Notes: generated from the sequence alone by a model not told the origin. DNA of 63,719 bases, filler included, from 8 parts of 8 records of this genome joined end to end with filler, not necessarily neighbours in it; one strand, 5' to 3'; numbered from the whole stretch's first letter, positions 50,247-60,295 are shown. Numbers and translations: made by a program.

Positions 50247-51281
50247 TTGGTGGAAATAGAGTATCTCAAATTTAAAAACGAATTGCTTAACAGGATAGAC
50301 ACTATCAAACATATTCTGCTTATATTGATCATACTTACTGCCGTATTGGCACTTTACATTTATGTCACGCCGGAAACGTACAAAGAGGAGTATATAGCTT
50401 CTTCATGTACCCACTACGGTGAATATACCTATACAGCACCTGTGACGCTTGCAAACCCTATCTATTCAAAGGGCATAGAGCTTGAAATGGGTATGCCAGC
50501 TTATTTCTTTGCGGTATCTCCAACTGTGGATATGACATTTGACTATCATCTGGAGGCCAGTGACTCAGTCGCCGTTGACATTCAGGTAGCGAGTTATCTT
50601 GTTGCATCAAGTGGGGCGGCAGAGGAAACATTCTGGAATAAAAGTTTCCTGCTTGCCAGTTCTTCAACATCAAAAGGTGAAAATGGGAACGTAATTCACA
50701 CCTTTACTATCAATGTTCCTGAAATCCAGGGACAGATACAGAGTGTGCAGGATCAGATCGGTTATTCCCAGGGAATGGAAACAGAAGTATTAACCATTGT
50801 TTCCTATGAAGGAATACTCAATAATAGGGTGGTTGATGAAAAAGAACAGTTCAGTTTCCCCCTGACAATAACTAATTCCTATTACCAGTTCCCTGAAGAA
50901 CTTGAATTCAGCAGTAACGATGAGTTCTACATGGGAAGGAATGTAACAAAAAAAGCCGGTTTTGCGGAACTTAAAGTTCCACTTGTTATACTTATTATTC
51001 TGGTGTCTCTACTGCTTCTTACCGGTCAGGCAAAAAAGCTGGAAACAACTGATGCCGAATATATACAAAAACTGGAAATGCAGCGTGAAAACTCCAAGTT
51101 TGATGACTGGATAAGCCCGGGCCAGTTTCCGGAATCAATTGATTTCCCACAGGTCAGGGTAGATTCTCTGCAGGGTCTTGTGGATATTGCCGCAGATATG
51201 GATGCACGGGTAATCAAAGATTCTGAAAAAGAGCTTTATTTTGCTATAAAAGATGCTATTATCTATTTGTTCTCTCAGTAA
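50247..51281 (+). CDS. DUF5305-like two-TM membrane protein
   Basis: TM, YTAPVT..NPIY..G...PAYF, large extracellular domain, TM, FDDWISPG, VDSLQGLVDIAAD.RVI. Confidence 0.7.
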   Translation: MVEIEYLKFKNELLNRIDTIKHILLILIILTAVLALYIYVTPETYKEEYIASSCTHYGEYTYTAPVTLANPIYSKGIELEMGMPAYFFAVSPTVDMTFDYHLEASDSVAVDIQVASYLVASSGAAEETFWNKSFLLASSSTSKGENGNVIHTFTINVPEIQGQIQSVQDQIGYSQGMETEVLTIVSYEGILNNRVVDEKEQFSFPLTITNSYYQFPEELEFSSNDEFYMGRNVTKKAGFAELKVPLVILIILVSLLLLTGQAKKLETTDAEYIQKLEMQRENSKFDDWISPGQFPESIDFPQVRVDSLQGLVDIAADMDARVIKDSEKELYFAIKDAIIYLFSQ

Positions 51282-51382
51282 GAATCTATATGCTTATTGA
51301 GGAATGCATTGGACTTTTTGAGGAGAATTCAGGCAAACATCTACCTTTTGCAAAATATTGATTATCAAACTCAGGTAAAAGT

Positions 51383-51796
51383 ATGACCAACTACATCATC
51401 AAGGAAAAACTTCCCACAGCCGAAGCGTAAAAACACCTGCGAAAATCTGTCGCCTGGCCTTACCCCAACGACAAAGCCATAGAAAAGAGCCTAAACAACT
51501 CCAATTACTGTGTTTGCGCCTTGGAAAACAGCAAAACCATCGGGATGTCCCGTGTGATAGGAGATGACAGTTTCGTCTATTTAGTTGCAGATGTTATCGT
51601 CATCCCTGAGTATCAAAGGCAGGTCATCGGCACTATACTCATGGAAAGGACAATGGAGTATCTGAAAAAGCACGTGCAGGAATATTCGTACATCACCCTG
51701 ATGTCAGCAAAGGGTATTGAAGGCTTTTACGAGAAGTTTGGTTTCTTCAAGAGGCCTATGGGTGAGTATGAGTATGGGATGATGGTTGAACTTTAA
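51383..51796 (+). pseudogene. GNAT acetyltransferase interrupted by a nonsense codon
   Basis: ATG 51383 gives MTNYIIKEKLPTAEA, then TAA (51428-51430), then KHLRKSVAW, in frame with IGMSRVIGD, DVIVIPEYQRQVIG, FYEKFGF. Confidence 0.75.
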
Positions 51797-52093
51797 TTCT
51801 CAGATTCTATTCAGGTTCTTCCTCTACTCAGCAACTAGCCCTTTTCCTTCAGAAATCCCATTGCTTCAAATTGTGTCAATTGGTGGTTTGTGGGTATGCT
51901 TTTCAACAATCCTTCCTTCTGATAGATACTTGCCAAAGTACTATTTATTTGGTAAACAATTTACACAAAATTTATATAGTATTTTTCGGAAGAACACTTC
52001 CAATACTTATATATGCTATTAGTTATTTTTAGCCTAAAATCGCTCTATTCAGAAAACAAAAAACGGCTTTTTGCCTATTTCACAGGTGTAAAA

Positions 52094-52258
52094 ATGGAAA
52101 TTGAAGATTTTATTATTGCTAATTTTGCCATTGCTGTGCTTGTAAGCTTCTTCCTCTACACAGCAACTAATCCTCTCCTTCCAGGGCTTCACGTACTTGA
52201 AACATTTGCAATTGGTAGCATCTGCGCTTATGTTTTCAAGAGTCCTGGAATTTTCTAA
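52094..52258 (+). CDS. small two-TM hypothetical protein
   Basis: AGGTG RBS; MEIEDFIIANFAIAVLVSFF. Confidence 0.45.
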   Translation: MEIEDFIIANFAIAVLVSFFLYTATNPLLPGLHVLETFAIGSICAYVFKSPGIF

Positions 52259-52281
52259 AAATCAGATTTTGGTTTATAGCC

Positions 52282-52376
52282 CTGATATATTCAAAGGATA
52301 TGGAGGTCTTTTACGAGAAGTTCGGGTTCTTTAAGAGGTCAACGGGAGATTATGTGTATGGGATATGGTGGAGTTT
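52282..52376 (+). pseudogene. degenerate copy of the GNAT 3' end
   Basis: CTTTTACGAGAAGTTCGGGTTCTTTAAGAGG...GTATGGGAT closely matches about 51697-51793. Confidence 0.65.
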
Positions 52377-52398
52377 TCACCAGTTTATATTTTTTTAA

Positions 52399-52632
52399 TT
52401 AGCTAAAGATCTTGAGTTACTGGTAAAAGACGAAGTTCTATCAGAAGAGCGAACCCAGAAACTCATAGAGAACTATCTCTACGCTGAACAGGAACCACTA
52501 TTGGATGAGATACTAACATTAATAGAAGGACCACAGCCATCTGTCTTGAAGCGCAAAAATATAGGCGGTAGAATATTGGATAAAATAAAGGATTTTGTAG
52601 ATACTTTCATTGATGGTATGGACACAAATTGA
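52399..52632 (+). pseudogene. start-less remnant resembling the C-terminus of a type I restriction enzyme R subunit
   Basis: Manual translation LAKDLELLVKDEVLSEERTQKLIENYLYAEQEPLLDEIL..PSVLKRKNIGGRILDKIKDFVDTFIDGM; bounded upstream by TAA. Confidence 0.5.
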
Positions 52633-52683
52633 TCAATATTTATCGCGAAATTCCCGACATAAATTTTAGTTTTGCTGGTTTGC

Positions 52684-52749
52684 ATATAAATAACTGGTCA
52701 CGCTCGTGACTAGGTGTATATAAATGCCTGGTCAAACGTTTGACCAAGG
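52684..52749. repeat. two 34-bp-period units, each a TATA-like box plus palindrome
   Basis: ATATAAATaacTGGTCAcgctcgTGACTA and ATATAAATgccTGGTCAaacgttTGACCA. Confidence 0.7.
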
Positions 52750-52901
52750 GCTTTGTGCAATGGGCTGAATCTGTCATAGGATTTCTCCACGAAAATTAAG
52801 TTCAGGAAACTTGCCATACATCAATTTGTATACAGTTTTACTTTTCAAATCAAATTTTGTGGATACATAGTATTATCTCCAACTCCTCTCAATAAAAACA
52901 T

Positions 52902-53379
52902 ATGAACCCCATAATCTCCCAACTCAGAGCCGAGCTCGAACAAAACTCTGACGAAGAAGCAAAAGCCAGTTCTAACCGCTTCTTCAAAGAGCCGATCAAA
53001 TGCTATGGCATGAAAACTCCGGTTGCCAGAAAAATAGCAAAGGACTATTACAAGAAGATATCTGGTAAAAGTAAGCAGGAGATCTTTGCACTATGTGAGG
53101 AACTCCTCAGTTCAGATTACATGGAGGAAGCGTTCATAGCATTCGAATGGTCATACAACCTGAGAAAGCAGTACGAACCTGAGGACTTTGCTATTTTTGA
53201 GAGATGGGTAAGGGATTATGTCAACAACTGGGCCAAATGTGACACTCTCTGCAATCACACCATAGGTACGTTCATCGACATGTATCCTCAGTTTATTGAT
53301 TCACTCAAAAAGTGGACAGCTTCAGATAATCGCTGGTACAGGCGTGCTGCCGCTGTAACACTCATTTTAGCGGCTCGCA
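52902..53379 (+). CDS. DNA alkylation repair protein (AlkD-like HEAT repeat), 3' truncated
   Basis: RFFKE...YGMKTP, VNNWAKCD, W..SDNRWYRRAA. Confidence 0.85.
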
Positions 53380-53479
53380 NNNNNNNNNNNNNNNNNNNNN
53401 NNNNNNNNNNNNNNNNNNNNNNNTTAATTAATTAANNNNNNNNNNNNNNNNNNNNNNNNNNNNNNNNNNNNNNNNNNNN
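53380..53479. other. artificial contig spacer
   Basis: N44-TTAATTAATTAA-N44. Confidence 0.99.
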
Positions 53480-53484
53480 CGACC

Positions 53485-53913
53485 ATGAAAAACTTCAACG
53501 TTATCACAGAGACATTGAGTGTAGAGCTTCAAACGGGTCCCGACATCCAGAATATCACTCATGAAGTACAGAATACCGTTCAGTCATCCGGAATCCAGTT
53601 GGGTACAGTCTCTATCTTTATTGTGGGGTCTACCGGCTCCGTGACCACCATTGAATATGAACCGGGTGTTGTTTTTGATTTAAAAAAAGCTATCACGTCT
53701 CTGGCTCCCCCTGATATGGAGTACGCCCATGAAGAAGCATGGCATGATGGTAATGGTCACAGTCATGTTCAAGCAGCACTTCTTGGGCCATCCATGACAG
53801 CACCTATTAGAAACGGAAAAATCATATTGGGAACTTGGCAACAAATTGTGGTGATCAACCATGATAATGGTCCGAGAAGTCGAAAAGTTGAAGTCACCAT
53901 TATGGGAATCTAG
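53485..53913 (+). CDS. yjbQ: YjbQ/UPF0047 family protein
   Basis: GSTGSVTTIEYEPG, NGHSHV, LGTWQQI. Confidence 0.9.
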   Translation: MKNFNVITETLSVELQTGPDIQNITHEVQNTVQSSGIQLGTVSIFIVGSTGSVTTIEYEPGVVFDLKKAITSLAPPDMEYAHEEAWHDGNGHSHVQAALLGPSMTAPIRNGKIILGTWQQIVVINHDNGPRSRKVEVTIMGI

Positions 53914-53924
53914 CCAAATTTAAA

Positions 53925-54374
53925 ATGGAACCATTATTCTTCTGCTCTCCATCGGATGTTATAAAAAACACATTTTTGCTTCTCGCCATCGATGGAATAC
54001 TGTCATTCCTTGCCTGGAAAGCCTGTGCTGATCCTGATTTCAGAAATTCACAGTTTTCAAATGGAGAGGCCTATCCTCTGATGGGAATTATCCTTGGATG
54101 TGTAATTATGATGATTTTTGTTCTGATAGCATATCCGGATGATTTTTATCGCCTTGATGCAGATGAGAGCGGAGTTTGTCTCTACTATTGGCCAGAGAGG
54201 AAAAGAGTTATCGCGTGTTCAAATATCAAAACAATTGATTATCTGTATCTTGGAAAAAATAAAGGGGAATGTGTTGTTCTTACAAAAGATAACAAACACA
54301 GACGTTCTGTTTCTATTGACCGGAGTCGTCTAAAGTCTATGAAAGAAAAGACAGATGCTCTTTGCAAGCTGTGA
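53925..54374 (+). CDS. hypothetical membrane protein (two TM plus soluble domain)
   Basis: 149-aa ORF 11 nt after yjbQ. Confidence 0.6.
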   Translation: MEPLFFCSPSDVIKNTFLLLAIDGILSFLAWKACADPDFRNSQFSNGEAYPLMGIILGCVIMMIFVLIAYPDDFYRLDADESGVCLYYWPERKRVIACSNIKTIDYLYLGKNKGECVVLTKDNKHRRSVSIDRSRLKSMKEKTDALCKL

Positions 54375-54419
54375 CATCTCTTTAATATTACATTTTTTTG
54401 TGGGGACTGTCGGGGGACA

Positions 54420-54794
54420 GTGAATGAATTAAAACATGGAAAGGTTCTTGATATGATAGGGTGTTTGCCTGCGGGAGTTATGATAGTTTTGTTTCTCAGT
54501 GAACTTGGGTTTACTGGGTACGCAATTTATCAATTATTTCAGAGAGAGTACATGGCGGCTGTTGCGGCTGCTTTGATTGTCTTGGTTTTGAAACAATTTA
54601 GTAAAGATTTATCTAATTTTCTCTCTCTTCCCTCCAGAATACTGCGGTCGATGAAAAAGGATTATTATGAAGATGACGAAGAGAACTGGGAAGAGGAAGA
54701 TGATTATGAAGAGATTGTTATTTCCCCGCCTCCCCGTGACGCACGAAAAATGAAACCGTTTAAAGAGAAAAAACCCAGAAAACGCCGGAAATAG
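54420..54794 (+). CDS. hypothetical membrane protein with acidic and basic tail
   Basis: Two TM segments; EDDEENWEEEDDYEE then KEKKPRKRRK. Confidence 0.55.
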   Translation: MNELKHGKVLDMIGCLPAGVMIVLFLSELGFTGYAIYQLFQREYMAAVAAALIVLVLKQFSKDLSNFLSLPSRILRSMKKDYYEDDEENWEEEDDYEEIVISPPPRDARKMKPFKEKKPRKRRK

Positions 54795-54878
54795 AAAATA
54801 GCTAGAATGATGAATCTTTTGGAGTATTCGGAGCTCTTCTAAAAGAATATCAAATACGATCTAAAGGGACAAACAACA

Positions 54879-55474
54879 GTGATACAATCAATATTGCCAC
54901 CCGAAATAACATTCACAAAAGACCGAATTCAAGACCAATGGGTTTACACATTCCGACACGAGGATTTAGGTGAAATCGGACGTATCCGTTTGAAAGGCAT
55001 CGGAAAGAATACCATGATCAACTTGGATATCACGGGTGATCCGAACGACCCCATGACTGAAAAGCGGCGTGAAATTTTCGAACCTCTTGGAATGCAGATA
55101 GCAAACCAAATGGAATCTATTGTGGGTCGTGGGACTGAAAACCCTGTTCCAACCCCACCGCCGGTTCAGGACAAAACACGTGTAATGAGCAGCCTTATGC
55201 AATGCGAAAAGTGTGGTGCCTACGTTGCGACGTTGATATTTCCTGATAATGCATGGACACCTGACCGCTTGGAAGATTATGCCCGTATGATGTACCCCGA
55301 ATATTCAGAGAGGAATCTGCCGACCTGGATCATTGGATCGCCATTAGATAAGTCTGAAAAGCCCCCCCCGCTCATATCCTGAAAGTCTGGCCTGAAAGAG
55401 AACCTGTTTCCATCATGACTCCAGATGAGTTCAATCCTATGCTCAATAAAATCCAAGCCACTCATTGTGATTAA
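54879..55474 (+). CDS. hypothetical protein (CxxC) with probable frameshift at a C8 tract
   Basis: ORF stops at 55382; the alternative frame after C8 (55362-55369) continues AHILKVWPEREPVSIMTPDEFNPMLNKIQATHCD. Confidence 0.6.
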
Positions 55475-55779
55475 TTTGGAGGCAAAAAAAGCAGAAATTC
55501 CCCCGAGTTCCTGTGGTGGGTTATGTATCTTTGTTTAGATAGACCCACTCCATGAAATCAATTACAATATGACCGTGGGAAATGACATGATCGTATTTAC
55601 AGGTAGGATGCCCAATAGGCAAAATATCCGTGTGCATGGAGGGGAGTTGATATTGCGCTCATGGTTTGGATTTAATAAGAGCATCCATGTAAATTGTACC
55701 GGGCTTGCAGTCGAAGGAAAATATCCCGAGGAATGAAGCCCCAACACCCATGGAAATGAGAAGGGAAAGCGTAAAGGCA

Positions 55780-56217
55780 ATGAATAAACTTCCAGTTGTT
55801 TTGCTAAGCTTGTTAATGTTAACGAGCTGTTCAGGGACCACACCGAATTTGGGGATAAACAACGGCGAGCTAATGCCATGCCCGAAAACTCCAAACTGTG
55901 TGAACAGTCAGGCAAAAGATGAACAGCATTATATTCAACCTATCCACTTCACAGGCACTCAAAAGGAAACTCAAGACCGCCTTTTGCAAATACTTGAAGT
56001 CGAAAAACGAATAAATCTTCTCAGCATTCAGAATAATTATGTTCGAGTCGAGTTCATGTCGGCTTTGTTTCGATTTATTGATGACGTTGAGTTCTATTTT
56101 ACGGAAAAACAAGGTGACGAGACGATTATTCATGTCCGATCAGCTTCCCGGATCGGATATTCAGACCTTGGCGCCAATCGAAAACGACTTGAGCGAATTC
56201 GAAATAAATTAGATTGA
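55780..56217 (+). CDS. DUF1499 family lipoprotein
   Basis: Lipobox LTSC; PCPKTPNCVNSQ, FIDDVEF, RSASRIGYSDLGANRKR. Confidence 0.88.
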   Translation: MNKLPVVLLSLLMLTSCSGTTPNLGINNGELMPCPKTPNCVNSQAKDEQHYIQPIHFTGTQKETQDRLLQILEVEKRINLLSIQNNYVRVEFMSALFRFIDDVEFYFTEKQGDETIIHVRSASRIGYSDLGANRKRLERIRNKLD

Positions 56218-56429
56218 AAAATATAATTTAGTGGACTTGGAGTTCATCTCGGTTTGGACCACTGGAGGGGATGCGGCATAGGCTCGACCGGAATCAAGCT
56301 GTCACGGGAAATAACCCATTACAAAGATTCCAAGACAATTTCCAGCACATTAGCAATTGATTAAATTTTAAAATAGGTATTGACCCGCAAAAGAACTTTG
56401 TGTAATTAATCGTGTTCAACTAAAAAATT

Positions 56430-56855
56430 ATGATAAAACAGGTTACGATGAAAATATTTTGGGCTGCATTACTTTTTGTGGTCTTTTGGTGTGAAGGTGC
56501 ATCTGCAACCGGACATTATCAAACGAAATGGTTAGACAATGACAACCGGTCTGTCACGTTGCCGTATCTAGGTGCTGTCCTTCAGTCCCATAAACTTGAT
56601 AACGATGGTCCCCCCCATGTGCCAGATGATGCGTCAGGACATACTCATTGCTGTTACCATCGTTCATGTCATCTTGTTGCCTTAAGCAGATTACCTGCTC
56701 CAAACACAGTTGGAAGTTTCCCAACTCTATTTTTTGCATCGATTATTTCTCTCCCGCCGCCGGAAAGAGTAGATGACAAGCTTTTCATTTTTCCTACCCA
56801 AAACCGCCTAGCCGGTCGCCAAATCTCTATTTTGAATCAAACATTTCTCTGTTGA
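56430..56855 (+). CDS. hypothetical exported His/Cys-rich protein
   Basis: Signal-like N-terminus; HTHCCYHRSCH. Confidence 0.45.
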   Translation: MIKQVTMKIFWAALLFVVFWCEGASATGHYQTKWLDNDNRSVTLPYLGAVLQSHKLDNDGPPHVPDDASGHTHCCYHRSCHLVALSRLPAPNTVGSFPTLFFASIISLPPPERVDDKLFIFPTQNRLAGRQISILNQTFLC

Positions 56856-57209
56856 ATCCCATTTAAGGTAAGTACCTGACCACAATTAAGGGAACTCATA
56901 ACAAATAATTTACCCACACCCGGAGAAGAGCCTTTGACAGTACTGGGGGCTGTCTTCAAAAACGGGGAATTTATTTTTGATGAACTGCCTAATTCGATAG
57001 AACTCATTAAAAAGAACATAGAATTTAATTTACTCATGTACTTAGGTCACGTTTAGTGACACCCGTAGATACAAAGCCACCCCATTTTCAGTGATTTAAA
57101 TCTAAATTATTAAATATAACGCTTAAGTGCCTAATCATCTTAAGTTCATTTTTGATGGATTTACTGGCCGAATGCCGGTTTTTATAAAAAACATAATCAG
57201 GAGACGAAT

Positions 57210-58094
57210 ATGATTCGGAGTACACACAAACTAAGAACGGTAATTATCTTTTTGCTGACCCTGTCCTTTGCAACTGCAACCTTGGTTGTAGATACCGCAG
57301 ATGCACGTTCCAAACGGGGAGGTAAATCCTTTAAACCCGCCACGAAACAAACTCAAACCCAGCATAGCACCCCTGTTAAAAATAAAAGCGGAAGTTTCAT
57401 GAAAGGATTAGCTGGTGGCCTGCTCGGGGGCGCTATAGGAGCCATGCTTTTTGGATCACTTTTTGGGGGGGACGGTTTAGGTATTTTACCAATTCTCATT
57501 TTTGCCGGTCTCGGTTTTTTTCTGTTTAGAAAATTTTCCAAGGCCAAGCAAAAGAGGACTATTGATGACGAAAGCTTTCCAGGTGTCACCACCAATGGGT
57601 ACCAAAAACACTCTTTTGAAGCTGACCCTAAATCTGCCGAAGGCCTGGCCCAGGGAGTGGCTGAAATTCAAAGGAATGACGCAACTTTTGATCCCGATAT
57701 TTTTCTGGAACTTGCTTCTGATTGCTTTTTTCAGGTCCAGGCAGGATGGACGCAAAGAGACTTGGCCTCATACCGAAATCTTTTGGGGGAGCAGTTGGCA
57801 TCTGAATATGAGGAAGAGTTTGCCCAGATGAAGCAAAAAGGGATCATCAACAAATTGGAAAGTATTGCCATACGCAAAGTTGATATGGTGATGGCGGGTA
57901 ATACAGGGGATCATGAGTTTGTTACAGTCCTTTTTAAGGCCAACCTTCTGGACTATACCGTGGATGAAAAAACAGGGGAACTCGTTGATGGAAGTAATCT
58001 GAAACCAGTCAAATTCGAAGAGGAATGGACTTGGGCAAGACCTGTCGGAACCACGAATTGGCTATTGGAAGAGATAGAAGTTGTAAAAGAGTAA
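57210..58094 (+). CDS. Tim44 domain-containing protein
   Basis: ADARSKRGGKSF, GLAGGLLGGAIG, FDPDIFL, F..VQAGW, FEEEWTW.R. Confidence 0.88.
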   Translation: MIRSTHKLRTVIIFLLTLSFATATLVVDTADARSKRGGKSFKPATKQTQTQHSTPVKNKSGSFMKGLAGGLLGGAIGAMLFGSLFGGDGLGILPILIFAGLGFFLFRKFSKAKQKRTIDDESFPGVTTNGYQKHSFEADPKSAEGLAQGVAEIQRNDATFDPDIFLELASDCFFQVQAGWTQRDLASYRNLLGEQLASEYEEEFAQMKQKGIINKLESIAIRKVDMVMAGNTGDHEFVTVLFKANLLDYTVDEKTGELVDGSNLKPVKFEEEWTWARPVGTTNWLLEEIEVVKE

Positions 58095-58118
58095 ACGAAT
58101 GGAGTTTATACTCACAAA

Positions 58119-58150
58119 ATGTTCCGGGCTTTACAGCCCGGAACATAAAA
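58119..58150. terminator. inverted repeat/terminator between convergent genes
   Basis: ATGTTCCGGGCT-TTAC-AGCCCGGAACAT. Confidence 0.65.
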
Positions 58151-58319
58151 AAGCCTTGCTAAAAAGAAGTAGGACTAGCGGGGCCATTTGAACAAAAACT
58201 TACGGTTTCGATAAATCCATAATTTTAAATAAAGAACAATATAGAACCCTGTCTGGCAACTTTTTATCCTGACAGACTTAGGTGATCTGATAGAATCACA
58301 AATGAGTAAAAAAGGGTGA

Positions 58320-58518
58320 TCACAACAGACTATCCAAAATGATATCATTCCCCAGAACCTGACCAAAAACGGTATCCCCAGGTTCTGCCAGGTGCCATCG
58401 CTTCCCATCAAAAAAATACATACCCGTTTCAGCAGTGGCCCATCCCTTCACCTTGATCAGTTTCCAATACGTTTCCGTGGGCTTGAGTCTGGCTTTCAGA
58501 AACTTCCCATGCTTTGGA
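58320..58518 (-). CDS. C-terminal fragment of an unknown protein, 5' truncated
   Basis: Open frame PKHGKFLKARL...YFFDGKRWHLAEPGD...LDSLL-stop from the contig end. Confidence 0.4.
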
Positions 58519-58618
58519 NNNNNNNNNNNNNNNNNNNNNNNNNNNNNNNNNNNNNNNNNNNNTTAATTAATTAANNNNNNNNNNNNNNNNNNNNNNNNNN
58601 NNNNNNNNNNNNNNNNNN
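58519..58618. other. artificial contig spacer
   Basis: N44-TTAATTAATTAA-N44. Confidence 0.99.
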
Positions 58619-59537
58619 ACATGGAAAAGTTGTTTTAGATGAAGATGGTAATCCTAAAAAAGCAGAAGGTTCTGTTGCATGGGGTGAAGAGCTTTATGTT
58701 GAGCAATGTCAAATGTGTCACGGTGACTTTGGTGCAGGTGGAAAAGGATATCCAGCATTATCTGGTGGAGATGGAACAACAAAATCATTAACAAACCAAT
58801 TAATGAATCCAGCTGATGAAAATCCAGGGATTGAACCTCCAAAAAAAGTTATTGGTACATACTGGCCATATGCTAGTACACTATTTTGGTATATTCAAGA
58901 TGCAATGCCATTCCCACACCCAAAAAGTTTAAGTAACTCTGAAACTTATGCACTTACAGCATATTTATTATATGAAAATGGTGTAAAAATCGAAGGTGAA
59001 GAGCTTGATGAGGATTATGTACTTGATAAAGAGAAATTCTTAAAAATCAAAATGCCAAATGCTGAAGGTTTTTATCCTAATGTAGATACTCCTGAGGATC
59101 CACATAAAGGTGTTCAAAATATGACTGAATATCTTTCTAATCCTAAAAACTATGGAGCAGGAACGAGATGTATGACTGATTGTATCAAAGAACCAGTTGA
59201 AAAACTTGTGATGAGAATCGATCAAGAGTTAAAAGACTTTAATCCTCCAGCATCAACGGTGAGAGACTTACCTCCAAAAGAGGAATCAGGAAATACACAC
59301 CCTGGACTTGCTGGATATGAAGCAAATGGTTGTGGAGCTTGTCATGCAAATGCAGCAATTGGGGCACCAGTTGTTGGAGATAAAGATGCATGGGCAGCAG
59401 TTATGGAAAAAGGAATTGATGAAGTTTATGCAAATGGTATCAATGGTATCAATGCCATGCCACCAAAAGGTGGTGCAGGTATGAGCGATGATGAATTTAA
59501 AGTCATCGTAGATTATATGATCGAAGCTAGCAAATAA
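58619..59537 (+). CDS. soxD: sulfane dehydrogenase cytochrome subunit SoxD (two hemes visible), 5' truncated
   Basis: GSVAWGEELYVEQCQMCHG, IGTYWPYASTLF.YI..AMP, MPN, second heme CGACH..AMPPKGG. Confidence 0.88.
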
Positions 59538-59557
59538 TCTTTTTCTTCAATTTTTTT

Positions 59558-59586
59558 AAAAGGCTCAATTTTTTGAGCCTTTTTTT
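59558..59586 (+). terminator. intrinsic terminator after soxD
   Basis: AAAAGGCTCAA-TTTT-TTGAGCCT followed by a T run. Confidence 0.8.
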
Positions 59587-59810
59587 ATCTATCAATTTTC
59601 AACAAAACATCACTTATAAACTAAACTTATAAATAAATATTTTATTTTCTTATACAAAATTACACAATTATTTAATTTTATATATAACATAAGATAATGC
59701 TATAAAGACCTATTTAAAGGGGTTTATAGCAATTTACATTATCTATATTTTATAATTATATGAAGTAAAACTTATATCATAAAAAATATTAAAAAAAATC
59801 ACATTTTTTC

Positions 59811-59840
59811 TTGACATTAGTAAATAAATTTGATTATAAT
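59811..59840 (+). promoter_or_regulatory. sigma70 promoter of soxXYZA
   Basis: TTGACA-N18-TATAAT. Confidence 0.6.
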
Positions 59841-59926
59841 TCATTGTTTTAGTAATCAATTTTAAAGATACTAAATAAATGGTTAATATTCCGAAATAAT
59901 AATATTAACAAAATACAAAAGGAGAG

Positions 59927-60295
59927 ATGATGAGATTAGCTAAGAGTTTACTAATAGCATCTGCAGTGAGCACATTATTTGCAACTGCAAGTTTTGCAGA
60001 TGCCTCTTTAGTCAAAAAAGGTGAGAAGATCTTTAAAGGTAAATCACTTGGTAACTGTGTAGCATGTCATGCAATTGAAGGGCGAGAAGATATTCAAGCT
60101 ATGGGTCCTGGAAGTTTTGGTCCAAAACTAATTGGTCTTAAATATTGGGATGACAAGTTATTATATGACACAGTATATGACATTTATAAAGCAAGAGGTA
60201 TTAAAATTTCACCTATGCCAGCATTTGGTACAAATGGTTGGTTAAATGATGCTGAGATCAAAGCTGTAGTTGCTTATTTAAAAACAATAGATTAA
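59927..60295 (+). CDS. soxX: SoxX c-type cytochrome
   Basis: GNCVACH, GSFGPKL, MPAFG. Confidence 0.92.
   Translation: MMRLAKSLLIASAVSTLFATASFADASLVKKGEKIFKGKSLGNCVACHAIEGREDIQAMGPGSFGPKLIGLKYWDDKLLYDTVYDIYKARGIKISPMPAFGTNGWLNDAEIKAVVAYLKTID

Noticed and set aside
51428-51430. Possible pyrrolysine read-through in the methanogen GNAT gene
   Set aside because: The stop is TAA, not TAG
52684-52749. Possible mini-CRISPR array
   Set aside because: Only two imperfect units, no spacers, no cas genes; I saw no CRISPR array, tRNA, rRNA or transposase anywhere in the window
56898-57056. Start-less open frame ITNNLPTPGEEPLTVLGAVFKNGEFIFDELP
   Set aside because: Possibly a gene relic, but too short to assign without a search
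9959-58618. Apparent co-location of hydrogenase, Rnf/MmcA, TasA and Sox genes as one system; recurring TTAATTAATTAA
   Set aside because: Seven identical N-padded linkers are assembly concatenation artefacts; the segments differ in GC and apparent taxonomy
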